Part shown: positions 29,680-39,235 of the stretch, piece after piece
Layout of the letters: each line of letters opens with the position of its first letter
Numbering within the stretch: position 1 is the first letter of the stretch
Origin: Longimicrobiales bacterium
Lineage (GTDB): Bacteria > Gemmatimonadota > Gemmatimonadetes > Longimicrobiales > Gaopeijiaceae
Direction: 5' to 3'
Length of the DNA stretch: 64,000 nt
Assembly (NCBI GenBank): GCA_965204735.1
Contig: OZ242008.1
Coordinates: 2,400,001-2,464,000 of the forward strand
Notes under the pieces: model-generated
Databases searched by the model: none
Told to the model about the DNA's origin: nothing
The model's input: only the letters and a program-made list of their open reading frames with translations
Translations under genes and position numbers: made by a program

Positions 29680-30810
29680 TCAGCCCGCCAAGCGGACGGC
29701 GCTCTCCACCACTTCGTCCATGGAGCGGGCGGCCTCGAACCCCGCGTCGGCCAGGATCTCCCGGGCGAGCTCCTCGTTGGTTCCCGTGAGGCGGATGACC
29801 AGGGGAACTCGAATGTCGATCCGTCCGGCGGCCTCGACAATCCCCTTGGCCACGTCGTCGCAACGGGTGATGCCCCCGAAGATGTTGAAGAGGATCACCT
29901 TGACGCCGGGATCGGCGGTGATGATCTCGAGCGCCGCCACGACCTTGTCGGGGTTGGACGATCCGCCGATGTCCAGGAAGTTGGCGGGCTCGCCTCCGTA
30001 GTACTTGACCAAGTCCATCGTGGCCATCGCCAGCCCCGCGCCGTTGACGCAGCAGCCCACGTTGCCGTCCAGCTTGACGAAGCTCAGGCCGGCCTCTCTG
30101 GCCCGCGCGGCGCCCGCGTCCTCCGAGCCCGCGTCTCGAAGCGCTTCTAGGGCGGGGCGGCGAAAGAGTTCGTTGTCGTCGATGCTGACCTTGGCGTCGA
30201 TCGCCTTGACCCGGCCGTCCTCGGTGGAGATCAGCGGGTTGACTTCGGCCATCGACGCGCCGTTCGACGTGAAGGCGGCGTAGAGACCCGACAGGACCTT
30301 GGCGCACTGGCGGACCAAGCCCGGATCGTCGTAGAGGCGGGTCGCCATCCAGTGGGCTTGGTGCGGCAGCAGCCCGTAGCGCGGGTCGATCCGCACCTTG
30401 TGGACGGCGTCCGGGCTGGTGGCCGCCACTTCCTCGATGTCCACGCCGCCCTCGGCCGACACCATGAAGACCGGACATCGGCCGTCTCGATCCACGAGGA
30501 CGCCCACGTAGGCTTCGGTCGCAATCTCTTCGGCGGGCGACACCAGCAGCTTCTCGACGAGAAGGCCGTTGATCTCCATGCCCAGGATCGCCCGGGCGCG
30601 CTCTGCGGCCTCGTCGGGGCCGTCCGCCAGCTTGACGCCGCCTGCCTTCCCCCGCCCGCCCGAGTGCACCTGCGCCTTGACCACGACGACGCCGCCGTAG
30701 CGCTCGGCCAGCGCTCGCACTTCGTCCGGGCTGGTGGCGACTTCGCCCGGGTTCACGGGCATCCCGGCTTGACGGAACAGCTCCTTCGCTTGGTACTCGT
30801 GCAGGTTCAT
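29680..30810 (-). CDS. sucC: Succinyl-CoA synthetase beta subunit
   Basis: [38 protein letters not shown]. Confidence 0.98.
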   Translation of the reverse strand: MNLHEYQAKELFRQAGMPVNPGEVATSPDEVRALAERYGGVVVVKAQVHSGGRGKAGGVKLADGPDEAAERARAILGMEINGLLVEKLLVSPAEEIATEAYVGVLVDRDGRCPVFMVSAEGGVDIEEVAATSPDAVHKVRIDPRYGLLPHQAHWMATRLYDDPGLVRQCAKVLSGLYAAFTSNGASMAEVNPLISTEDGRVKAIDAKVSIDDNELFRRPALEALRDAGSEDAGAARAREAGLSFVKLDGNVGCCVNGAGLAMATMDLVKYYGGEPANFLDIGGSSNPDKVVAALEIITADPGVKVILFNIFGGITRCDDVAKGIVEAAGRIDIRVPLVIRLTGTNEELAREILADAGFEAARSMDEVVESAVRLAG

Positions 30811-31039
30811 TTATAGGGGACCCGAAGGCGTGAGACGGAAGGGAGAGGGCCCGCCCGATCGGTCGGGCGCGACGCCGGAGGGGTGGGGCCGGAGTGTTGC
30901 AGCGCCAACAGCCGAAGATGAGCCCGCCCAGCTGATTGGGCCAGCCTGCGCAGGGGTGGGGCGTTGGCCGGCGAGGGCTCGATGGCGCAGGGCGCGCTGG
31001 TGGCGTGCCGGGCATGTACGTTGACGGCGCCTCCGTCCA

Positions 31040-31402
31040 CTACTCCACTACCGGCCCCTCCGCGTCGTCGTCGCCGGCCACGGCCAGGAACTCGTCGGCA
31101 GTGTCGCACTCCACGACCGCGTCCCCGACCCGCGCCAGCTGCTCGGCGCTCATGGAGCGCACCCGCGCCTCCAGCCGTCGCGCCGTCTGGGCCCCGAACC
31201 GCCGCGAAGCCTGACGCAGCAACAAGACCGCTCGGCCTTCCGCGCGCCCCTGCTCGAGCCCCTGTGCACGTCCCCGCTCGAGGCCCTGCTCACGTCCCCG
31301 TTCGAGCCCCTGCTCACGTCCCCGTTCGAGCCCCTGCTGAAGCCCCTGCTCCAGGCCCCGCTGCCGGTGGCCCTCCGCCCACTCCGCATAGGTCTGGCCC
31401 AT
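31040..31402 (-). CDS. Predicted in-frame internal short product (RpnS-like, 120 aa)
   Basis: AAGGAGGAGCAAGAG-ATG just before the repeat/C-terminal domain. Confidence 0.6.
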   Translation of the reverse strand: MGQTYAEWAEGHRQRGLEQGLQQGLERGREQGLERGREQGLERGRAQGLEQGRAEGRAVLLLRQASRRFGAQTARRLEARVRSMSAEQLARVGDAVVECDTADEFLAVAGDDDAEGPVVE

Positions 31403-32194
31403 CTCTTGCTCCTCCTTCGGTTGGATGATCTGCTCCACGATGTCCTCACGTGCCTTCTCCGGCGCGCCCACCATACGCATCCGCTCGTCCGTCCAGTCCG
31501 CGAACGCCTGCCGCTCTGCAAGATAGTCCGGGCCGGCCCACTGCTCCGCCATGCTCTGGTGCACCGCCGGAAAGTTCGTCCACGGGTCCTCCTCCAGAGC
31601 CGCGACCCAGCCCAGCACGCTCTCCCTGGGAAGCAACCCTTGCGCCAGCGCCGACCGCAAGTCAAGCAGCCCGTAGCCGTGAGTGGTCGCCAGGCCGGCC
31701 ACCGCCCGCGCCACGACCGGCGACGGCTCCTCCCGGCTGGCCAGCCCGGCCAGCGTCGTCTCGGCCGTCCACGGCCTCGTGCCGGTGTAGACGACGAACG
31801 ACAACACGAGGGGCATGGTGCCGTCGGGGTTGCACTGCCGCTCGTGCGTGTGTAGCACCGTGTGGGCGGCCTCGCTGTAGCGCAGCGTCCTGAGGACCAT
31901 GCCCGGATCGACGGAGGACTGGAACTCGAAGAGGAAGACGGCGGATCGACCGTCCTTGAACCGGACGCGCCACGCGCAGTCGCAGAGCCGGCGCCGCAGG
32001 TCGGGGCCCACGGTCTCGGTGGGGAAGGGATCGACGGCCAGCAGATCGAGCTGGTCGGCCCAGCACTTGGCCGCCAAGTCGCGGATGAGGGCCACGACGG
32101 CAGCCACGGTGTTGAAGAGGCGCTTGTAGCTCTGGTCGTGGCGGCGGCGTTCCGACTTGGTGAGAGAGGGCGGTTCGCTGGTGGAAGGGTCCAT
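31040..32194 (-). CDS. Rpn/YhgA-like PD-(D/E)XK nuclease (long form)
   Basis: HDQSYKRLF, RRLCDCAWRV, FEFQSSVDPGMVLRTLRY, VVYTG.RPW; GLEQG/GREQG repeats; DUF4351-like tail. Confidence 0.9.
   Translation of the reverse strand: MDPSTSEPPSLTKSERRRHDQSYKRLFNTVAAVVALIRDLAAKCWADQLDLLAVDPFPTETVGPDLRRRLCDCAWRVRFKDGRSAVFLFEFQSSVDPGMVLRTLRYSEAAHTVLHTHERQCNPDGTMPLVLSFVVYTGTRPWTAETTLAGLASREEPSPVVARAVAGLATTHGYGLLDLRSALAQGLLPRESVLGWVAALEEDPWTNFPAVHQSMAEQWAGPDYLAERQAFADWTDERMRMVGAPEKAREDIVEQIIQPKEEQEMGQTYAEWAEGHRQRGLEQGLQQGLERGREQGLERGREQGLERGRAQGLEQGRAEGRAVLLLRQASRRFGAQTARRLEARVRSMSAEQLARVGDAVVECDTADEFLAVAGDDDAEGPVVE
31249..31360. repeat. 12/24-bp coding tandem repeats (QGLER-GRE)
   Basis: ccctgctcacgtccccgttcgagc-type units. 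Confidence 0.85.
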
Positions 32195-32441
32195 TGCGGC
32201 GGCTCCGTTGCGTCCGAGACGAGTGGCGCTTCGGAGGCGTCGCGGACGGAGTTCCCCCGAAGCTGGCCGGGACGGTCTCCGGCTCTGGCCCAAGGATCTC
32301 ACCGTGCGTGCGCCATTTCCATGGCTGGATGGGACAGATTTTTTTTCGTCTCTCGCGGGCGGGCCCGGAGACCCCCGTGCGTCCTGTGAACAAGGCGGCT
32401 GAAGCCCCTCTCGCACCTGGACCGTGGAGGCAGGGGTGGGG

Positions 32442-33317
32442 CTACCGGCGGGGGCCGAGCAGGCGGCGGCGCTCCTTCCCGACCCGGCCGGGAAAAGGTC
32501 CGGCGGGGTGACGGTAGGCGACGATCGTGGCGTTGTCCTGGTGGGGCTTGGCCCGCGCCTTGATCGCCGCCAGCACCTCCCCGGCGACCTCGGCCATGGC
32601 GCGGTCCTCGCCGCAGCGCTCCTGCACTTCCTCGTGGGAGAGGGTCTCCAGGCCGTCGGTCGCGACGACGATCCGGTCGCCGGGCTCGAGCTGGACCGGC
32701 GGCGCCCCTTCGTCGATCATCTCGATGCGGCCGCCCATGACCGCCGAGTACAGCTGGTGGACCGGGGCGGTCTCGAACTCCTCCGGCGTCATCCGGCCCG
32801 CGCGCACCATCTCCTCGAACTCCGGGCGAGCCGAGTGGTCTTCGTTGAGACGCGCGATCGTCCCGCCGGAACCGCCGCGCAGGTGCAGGAGCATCGAGTC
32901 TCCCACGCTGACCCAGTGAGCCTTCCCGCTCTCGGTCACGGCGCACGCAACCAGCGTGCACCCCATTCCGAGGAGCTCCCGCCGGCTCCATCGGTCCTTT
33001 CCCACCGCATCGTTGGCTCCGTCCAGGGCGACTCGGAGGCGCTTCGCCAAGCCCCCTTCCCCGCCGTTCCCGCCGCGGTCCGCACCGGGGTCCCCGAAGG
33101 TCTTGAAGTAGCCTGCAACCGCTCGCCGGCTCGCTTCCGCGCCTCCGGCGTGTCCCCCCATCCCGTCTGCCACCACCACGAGGAGGGCGCATCCGTCGGT
33201 GTCGGCGGCGTCGAAGCTCGCCGCCATGTATTCGTCCTCCTGCCTCTCGCGGTCGCCGACGATCAGGCCGCCGCCGAGGAGTTCGCCGATCCTGGATTGG
33301 TCGTTTGCGTGCGGCAT
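32442..33317 (-). CDS. PP2C-family Ser/Thr phosphatase
   Basis: RERQED, VADGMGGHAGG, MGCTL, SVGDS, ATDGL, QDNATIV. Confidence 0.92.
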   Translation of the reverse strand: MPHANDQSRIGELLGGGLIVGDRERQEDEYMAASFDAADTDGCALLVVVADGMGGHAGGAEASRRAVAGYFKTFGDPGADRGGNGGEGGLAKRLRVALDGANDAVGKDRWSRRELLGMGCTLVACAVTESGKAHWVSVGDSMLLHLRGGSGGTIARLNEDHSARPEFEEMVRAGRMTPEEFETAPVHQLYSAVMGGRIEMIDEGAPPVQLEPGDRIVVATDGLETLSHEEVQERCGEDRAMAEVAGEVLAAIKARAKPHQDNATIVAYRHPAGPFPGRVGKERRRLLGPRR

Positions 33318-33526
33318 GACCTTTGGGCTGCCCTCCCAGGGCTTGAGCGCGGGCCGGCGACGCGGCCCGGAAGTGGACGGGACCGACGGGCGGCGCGCCA
33401 AGGCAGGCGAACGAACGCCCGAGGCCCGTCGTTCCCACCGCGGAGCGATCTGGCCAACTTTCGGAGACGAGCCTGCCGCCGGCAAGACCGGGCGGCGGCG
33501 CCGAACAACGCCGCGCGAGCTCTCCC

Positions 33527-34732
33527 ATGCGACGATCACTGGAACCGATCTACGCCGACCACGCCGCCACCACGCCTCTGCGGCCGGAGGTCCGGGACGC
33601 CATGCGGCAGTGCGCCGACGAGAGCCTCGGGAACCCGTCGAGCGGACACGGCTGGGGGCGGCGGGCCAGGCGTCGGCTGGAAGACGCCCGGGAGTCGGCG
33701 GCCGAGTCCCTGGGCACGACGCCGGGCCGGGTGTTCTTCACTCGCGGCGGCACCGAGTCCGACAACTTGGCCGTGCTGGGGCGGGCTAGGCGCGCCCGGG
33801 CCGAGGGCGTCGCTTCTCCGCTGGTCGTCACGTCCTCGGTGGAGCACCCGGCGGTGTTCGAGGCGGCCCGTCAGGTGGTCGCGGAGGGAGGAAGGCACGT
33901 GGTGGTGGAGGTGGACGCGGGCGGGGAGCTCGACTGGGACGGCCTGCGCCGGGCGCTGGCGGAAGGGCCGGCGGTGGTCTCGTGCATGTGGGTGAACAAC
34001 GAGACCGGGATGGCGCTGCCGGCGGCTCGGGCGGCGGCCGAGTGCCGAGCCCAGGGCGTGCCGTTCCACAGCGACGCGGTGCAGGCGGTGGGCAAGGTTG
34101 CCGTGTCGGTCGCCGAGGAGGCGGCGGGCGCGCCGTCGGCGGCCGCGCCGGACCTCCTCACCGTGACGGGCCACAAGATCCAAGGGCCCATGGGGGTGGG
34201 CGTGCTCGTCGCCAAGGACCCGGCGGCGCTCGCCCCGCTCCACGTGGGCGGCGGACAGGAAGGCGGGTTGCGGCCCGGAACCGAGGACGTGGTCGGGGCG
34301 GCGGGGCTGGCCGTGGCCCTGCGGCTGGCGGTGGCGGAGAGGCCGGCGGAGGCCGAGCGCCTGGGGGCGCTGCGGGACGAGGTGGAGGCGCGGCTTCTCG
34401 GCGGGGCGGAGGAGGAGGGGGTTCCGGCGCTGGAGGTCGCCTGCGCCGACGCTCCTCGGGCGCCGCACATCTCCGCGCTGCGGGTGCCCGGCGCCGATTC
34501 CGACACCCTCCTGGCGGCGCTGGACTCGGCGGGCGTCGCGGCGTCGGGGGGGTCGGCGTGCGCCAGCGGGGCGTCGGGGCCCAGCCGCGCGCTGGCGGCT
34601 CTCTACCCGGGCGACGAGGCGGCGTCCCTGCGCCTCAGCTTCGGCCGCTTGACGCGGCGCCGCCACGTGGGCCGCTTGGTGGAGGCGGTGGCGGAGGCCG
34701 TCGGGCGGGCCCGGGCGCTGGCCGAGCCGTGA
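33527..34732 (+). CDS. Cysteine desulfurase (IscS/NifS family)
   Basis: YADHAATTP, GGTESDN, DAVQ, GHKIQGP, SGGSAC. Confidence 0.93.
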   Translation: MRRSLEPIYADHAATTPLRPEVRDAMRQCADESLGNPSSGHGWGRRARRRLEDARESAAESLGTTPGRVFFTRGGTESDNLAVLGRARRARAEGVASPLVVTSSVEHPAVFEAARQVVAEGGRHVVVEVDAGGELDWDGLRRALAEGPAVVSCMWVNNETGMALPAARAAAECRAQGVPFHSDAVQAVGKVAVSVAEEAAGAPSAAAPDLLTVTGHKIQGPMGVGVLVAKDPAALAPLHVGGGQEGGLRPGTEDVVGAAGLAVALRLAVAERPAEAERLGALRDEVEARLLGGAEEEGVPALEVACADAPRAPHISALRVPGADSDTLLAALDSAGVAASGGSACASGASGPSRALAALYPGDEAASLRLSFGRLTRRRHVGRLVEAVAEAVGRARALAEP

Positions 34733-35979
34733 GCGTCGCGGGCGGGGGGACGGTCGGCGCAGACCGCGCGGCAAGGGGCGTCGGGGGACGGCGGCAGCGC
34801 ATTCTGGTCGCCATGTCGGGGGGAGTGGACTCGTCCGTGGCCGCGGCGGAGCTGGTGGAGGCCGGCCACGAGGTGGTCGGGGCCACCATGAAGACCTTCT
34901 GCTACAGCGGAACCCCCGAAGCGACCAAGACGTGCTGCGGCTTGGACGGGATACGGGACGCGCGACGGGTGGCCGACCAGCTGGGCGTCTCGCACTACGT
35001 CTTCGACGTGGAGGACGAGTTCACCCGAGACGTGATCGACGACTTCGTGGACGAGTACTCTCGGGGGCGAACGCCCAACCCCTGCGTCCGCTGCAACTCC
35101 AACACCAAGTTCCGCGACCTCTTCAGGCGCGGCCGAGCCCTGGGCTGCGACGGCGTGGCCTCGGGCCACTACGTCCGCCTGGACCGTTCGGGTGGAGAGC
35201 CCCGGCTGCTTCGCGGCCGCGACTCGGCCAAGGACCAGTCCTACTTCCTTTGGGGCCTGCCCGCCGAGCTGCTGGACAGGCTCCACTTCCCCGTCGGCGA
35301 TCTGGAGAAGGCCGCCGTCCGGGAGCGCGCCCGGGCGCTGGGACTGGCCACCGCCGACAAGCCCGAGTCCCAGGAGATCTGCTTCGTCCCGACCGGGGAC
35401 TACCGGGACCTGCTGCAGAAGCGGCTCCTGCCGACCCACCCCGCCCTCTCTCCCGGCCCGATGGTGGACTGGACCGGTCGCGTCGTGGGCCGCCACGACG
35501 GCTACTCGAGCTTCACCGTGGGACAGCGCAAGGGGATCGGCGGCGGAAGGCCCGAGCCTTGGTTCGTGCTGGAGATCCGGCCCGCCACGCGCGAGGTGGT
35601 GGTCGGTCCTCGGGCACTCCTCGACGTGCGCGCAATCGTGGTGCGGGAGCTGAACTGGCTGACGGCGCCCCCGTCCCCAGGGGCGCGGATTCGCGTTCAG
35701 GTGCGCTACCGGGCGCCCGCCCTGGCCTGCCGCGTGGAGTCGATGGGAGAAGGCGGCTTGGCGCTCGTGCTGGAGGAGCCGGCCCCGGCTGCGGCGCCGG
35801 GCCAGTCGAGCGTGCTCTTCGACGGAGACCGGGTGCTCGGCGGGGGGCGGATCGCCCACGCGGCCGTCGCGGCGTTGGCTCCCGACCCGGGGAGCGAGGC
35901 GGCCCCGGACGGCGTCGCAGCCGACCACGGGGAGGCCGTCGCTACCACTCCATCCCCGCCGAAGCGGCGAACTGCTTGA
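34729..35979 (+). CDS. mnmA: tRNA 2-thiouridylase
   Basis: AMSGGVDSSV, TPNPCVRCN, KDQSYFL, ESQEICF, TVGQRKG. Confidence 0.97.
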   Translation: MSVAGGGTVGADRAARGVGGRRQRILVAMSGGVDSSVAAAELVEAGHEVVGATMKTFCYSGTPEATKTCCGLDGIRDARRVADQLGVSHYVFDVEDEFTRDVIDDFVDEYSRGRTPNPCVRCNSNTKFRDLFRRGRALGCDGVASGHYVRLDRSGGEPRLLRGRDSAKDQSYFLWGLPAELLDRLHFPVGDLEKAAVRERARALGLATADKPESQEICFVPTGDYRDLLQKRLLPTHPALSPGPMVDWTGRVVGRHDGYSSFTVGQRKGIGGGRPEPWFVLEIRPATREVVVGPRALLDVRAIVVRELNWLTAPPSPGARIRVQVRYRAPALACRVESMGEGGLALVLEEPAPAAAPGQSSVLFDGDRVLGGGRIAHAAVAALAPDPGSEAAPDGVAADHGEAVATTPSPPKRRTA

Positions 35980-37060
35980 TCCGGTCCTCCTGATCGACCG
36001 TCAGGGCATCGGGCACCTTCACCACGACTTCGACGAACTGGTCTCCGGTGCGTCCCTTCCCCCTGACGCCCTGTCCTCGGATGCGGAAGCGGGTCCCCGA
36101 CTGCGTGCCCGGCGGCACGCGCAGAACGACGCGCCTCCCCGAGATCGTGTCCACCGATATCTTCGACCCCAGGATCGCCTGGGCCATGTTCACGCGCTTC
36201 TTGACGTGCACGTCCAGGCCCTCGCGGCGAAAGAGCTTGTGGGGCTCGACCTTGAAGGTGATGACCAGGTCCCCCGGCGCGCCCCCCTTCTCGCCCCTTT
36301 CCCCCTGGCCCGTCAGGCGCACCTTCGAGCCGGTCTCCACGCCCGGCGGCACGGCGACCTGAATCTTGCGGTTCTGGTGAACCTCTCCAGCGCCCGTGCA
36401 CGCCTCGCACGGACGCGCGGCCTTCCGCCCCCGCCCCACGCAGGCGGGACAGGGGCGCTTGACGGCGAAGCCGCCCTGGCCGAAGGACACGCTGCCGGAG
36501 CCGCCGCACTCGTCGCAGCGCTTCCACTCGGTTCCCGGCGCGCCCCCCGTCCCTCTGCACGCCGCGCAGTCCTCGGTGATCGGCACCGAGAGGGACACCT
36601 TTCCGCCGGTGGCCGCCGTGAGGAAGTCCACTTCGACGCTGTACTCGACCCTGCGGCCCTTCTGGGGGCCCTTGGGCTTGGACGGCTGCCCCTTCTTCCC
36701 CCGGTCGAAGATCGAGGAGAAGATGTCGGAGAAGCCGCCCAATCCTCCCAGGTCCTCGAAGGAGAAGCCGCCGGCGGGAGTCGACGGCGCGGCGCCGCTC
36801 CGGGGCGCGCCCCGCACGCCGCCGAAGCCGAAGGTGCCCAGCTTCCGCATCTGGTCGTACTTCTTCCGCTTGGCCGGGTCGGAGAGAACCGCGTTCGCCT
36901 CGCCCACCTCCTTGAAGCGGTCCGCCGCCTTCGGACTGTTCCGGTTGGCGTCCGGGTGGTAGCGCTTCGCCAGCCGGCGGTACGCCTTCTTGATCTCGTC
37001 GGGGCCCGCCTTCTCGTCGACCCCGAGGATGGCGTAGTAGTCCTTGTCCGTTCTCGTCAT
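35942..37060 (-). CDS. dnaJ: Chaperone DnaJ
   Basis: J domain with HPD, G/F region, four CxxCxGxG motifs. Confidence 0.96.
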   Translation of the reverse strand: MTRTDKDYYAILGVDEKAGPDEIKKAYRRLAKRYHPDANRNSPKAADRFKEVGEANAVLSDPAKRKKYDQMRKLGTFGFGGVRGAPRSGAAPSTPAGGFSFEDLGGLGGFSDIFSSIFDRGKKGQPSKPKGPQKGRRVEYSVEVDFLTAATGGKVSLSVPITEDCAACRGTGGAPGTEWKRCDECGGSGSVSFGQGGFAVKRPCPACVGRGRKAARPCEACTGAGEVHQNRKIQVAVPPGVETGSKVRLTGQGERGEKGGAPGDLVITFKVEPHKLFRREGLDVHVKKRVNMAQAILGSKISVDTISGRRVVLRVPPGTQSGTRFRIRGQGVRGKGRTGDQFVEVVVKVPDALTVDQEDRIKQFAASAGMEW

Positions 37061-37076
37061 CGTCCGCCCCGGTCCG

Positions 37077-38036
37077 CTAGCCCGCCTTGTAGACGCTGAC
37101 CCGAGCCGGGCGCAGGAGCTGCCCCTTGAGGACGTAGCCCTTCTGGAAGACGCGCTCCACCACGTCGTCGTCTTCTTCGGAGTCGGCCGGCGCCCGCATC
37201 ATCGCTTCCATGACGTTGGGGTCGAAGGGCTCGCCCTGCGGGTCCACCACCTCGACGCCGACCTCTTCCAGGATTCGGAAGAACTTGCGTTCCACGAGCG
37301 CTGCGCCTTCGAGGACGGCATCGGCGGCGGCGCTGGTCTCCGGCCCCAGTTCCGAAATGCGGAGCAGGTCGTCCATCGGATCGAGAAGACGGGACACGAG
37401 GTCGGCCTGGGCCCTCTCCCACCGCGTCCGCATCCGCTCGTCCGACCGCTTCCGGTAGTTGTCGAAGTCGGCGGCCAAGCGAAGGTGGCGGTCGCGCCAC
37501 TGGTCCCGCTCCGCTCGGAGACGCGCCGCCTCGTCCGGCTCGCTGGGGTCGTGGGGGTCGGAGTCGTGGATGTGGGGGTCGGGGGCGTGGCGGTCGGGGG
37601 CGTGGATGTGGGGGTCGGAGTCGGGGGCGTGGGGGTCGGGGTCGGGGGTGTGGACCCCGGAATCGTGGGCGTGGATCTCGGCGGCGTCTGTTTCGGGCTC
37701 GGTGGCGGCGTGGGCGTGGATGTCGGGGCGGGCCGCGTCGTCGGGGGCAGCTGCGTCGGGGGCGGCAGCGTCGGCACAGGCAGCTGCGTCGGCGGGGGCG
37801 GCCGCGTCGGCACAGGCAGCTGCGTCGGCGGGGGCGGCCGCGTCGGCACAGGCAGCCGCGTCGTCGGAGGCGGAAGCGGCGGCGGGCCGGGCCTCGTCGG
37901 GGGCGGCAGCGCCGTCGGCTGCGGCTGCGTCTGCGTCGGCGGCCGGAGACGCCTCCGCTTCCCCGGCGGGAGCCGCACCCGGGTCGAAGAGGAGGCCGTC
38001 CGTGGTCGCATCTCGGGTCGTCTTCTTGCGTGCCAT
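37077..38036 (-). CDS. grpE: Nucleotide exchange factor GrpE with long low-complexity N-terminus
   Basis: LRLAADFDNYRKR, GEPFDPN.MEA, FQKGY...LLRPARVSV. Confidence 0.92.
   Translation of the reverse strand: MARKKTTRDATTDGLLFDPGAAPAGEAEASPAADADAAAADGAAAPDEARPAAASASDDAAACADAAAPADAAACADAAAPADAAACADAAAPDAAAPDDAARPDIHAHAATEPETDAAEIHAHDSGVHTPDPDPHAPDSDPHIHAPDRHAPDPHIHDSDPHDPSEPDEAARLRAERDQWRDRHLRLAADFDNYRKRSDERMRTRWERAQADLVSRLLDPMDDLLRISELGPETSAAADAVLEGAALVERKFFRILEEVGVEVVDPQGEPFDPNVMEAMMRAPADSEEDDDVVERVFQKGYVLKGQLLRPARVSVYKAG
37768..37856. repeat. Perfect 36-bp coding tandem repeat (~2.5 copies)
   Basis: gcgtcggcacaggcagctgcgtcggcgggggcggcc, encoding AAPADAAACADA. Confidence 0.9.
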
Positions 38037-38087
38037 GTGCTGTTGGTCCCCGTCAGTCCTTTCGCGTGTCCCTGGGCGTCGGGCAGG

Positions 38088-38603
38088 TCACCTGACCCGC
38101 CAGGCGATGGCCTCGGCGGCCAGTCGCAGCGCCGCGGCGGCGCTCTTGTCGCGGATGATCTTGCGTCCGCCCTCGAAGTGCTCCAGGCGCGCCTCGCCCG
38201 TTCCGTCGGACTGGGCCACGGCGATCCACACCGTGCCGACGGGCTTTCCGGGACGCCCTCCGTCCGGCCCCGCGATCCCGGTGACGGAGAGGGCCAGGTC
38301 GGCGGAGAAGCGCCTGCAAGCCCCGAACGCCATCTGGAGAGCCACGATCTTGGAGACTGCCCCGTGCTCTTCGATGTCCTTCGGGTTCACGTCGAGCTGG
38401 CGAACCTTGGCCTCGTTGCCGTAGACGACCATCCCGCCGAGAAAGTGGGTGGAAGCGCCGGGCACGTCGGTGATCATCTTGGCGACCAAGCCGCCGGTGC
38501 AGCTCTCGGCCGTGGCCAGGCGCAGGCCCAGCGTTGCCGCCGATATGGCGAGATGCTCCACCAGGGCCTGGGCAGATCGGTAGCGGACGACTCCCCGGTC
38601 CAC
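38088..38603 (-). CDS. CinA C-terminal / NMN deamidase (PncC-like)
   Basis: ATAESCTGG, GAVS, SVTGIAGPDGG..GKPVGTVWI. Confidence 0.92.
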   Translation of the reverse strand: MDRGVVRYRSAQALVEHLAISAATLGLRLATAESCTGGLVAKMITDVPGASTHFLGGMVVYGNEAKVRQLDVNPKDIEEHGAVSKIVALQMAFGACRRFSADLALSVTGIAGPDGGRPGKPVGTVWIAVAQSDGTGEARLEHFEGGRKIIRDKSAAAALRLAAEAIAWRVR

Positions 38604-38605
38604 GG

Positions 38606-39235
38606 CTACGCCCGCCCCTGCACGAGGGCGCGGTAGCTCCAGAGGTAGTCCACCATGGAGTATACGGTCATGACCAGCGCGAACGTCAGCGTGACGGCGA
38701 TCCAGCCGGCGTGGAACGTCCGCCACGACGACCAGAGCCCGCCGGACCAGCCCGCGTCGGCCCCGGTGCGGGCCAGGGGGTACCAGAGAAGGAGCCCGCC
38801 GACGAACAAGTTCTGGATCAGAGTCTTGCGCTTCCCCGACTTGCCGGCCGAGATCACGACGCCGCGCCTGGATGCCCAGCTGCGGAAGAGGGTGATCAGC
38901 ACTTCGCGTCCGAACACCACCAAGAGCACCCAGAGGGGCAGCGCTCCCCAGACGGGCACCTGGTCCACCTCCCCGGGCCGCTGGGCGACCATGTAGAGGG
39001 GAATGAAGGTGCACGCCAGCAGCAGCTTGTCGGCCATCGGGTCGAGCAGCTTGCCCACGTCGGTGACCAGCCCGTGCTTGCGGGCCAGGTAGCCGTCCCA
39101 CAAGTCCGACACCGCGGCCGCGACGAAGACCGCGAAGGCGGCGTAGCGGGCGCCGACCGACGACGAGAGGGCCAGCGCGAAGATCACCGGACACGCGGCG
39201 ATCCGGGCCACGGTGATCGCGTTGGGGAGGTTCAA
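38606..39235 (-). CDS. pgsA: CDP-alcohol phosphatidyltransferase (PgsA-like)
   Basis: NLPNAITVARI, DLWDGYLARK..VTDVGKLLDPMADK. Confidence 0.9.
   Translation of the reverse strand: MNLPNAITVARIAACPVIFALALSSSVGARYAAFAVFVAAAVSDLWDGYLARKHGLVTDVGKLLDPMADKLLLACTFIPLYMVAQRPGEVDQVPVWGALPLWVLLVVFGREVLITLFRSWASRRGVVISAGKSGKRKTLIQNLFVGGLLLWYPLARTGADAGWSGGLWSSWRTFHAGWIAVTLTFALVMTVYSMVDYLWSYRALVQGRA

Noticed and set aside
32339..32346. T8 run as an intrinsic terminator
   Set aside because: No convincing preceding hairpin, and no + strand gene ends here.
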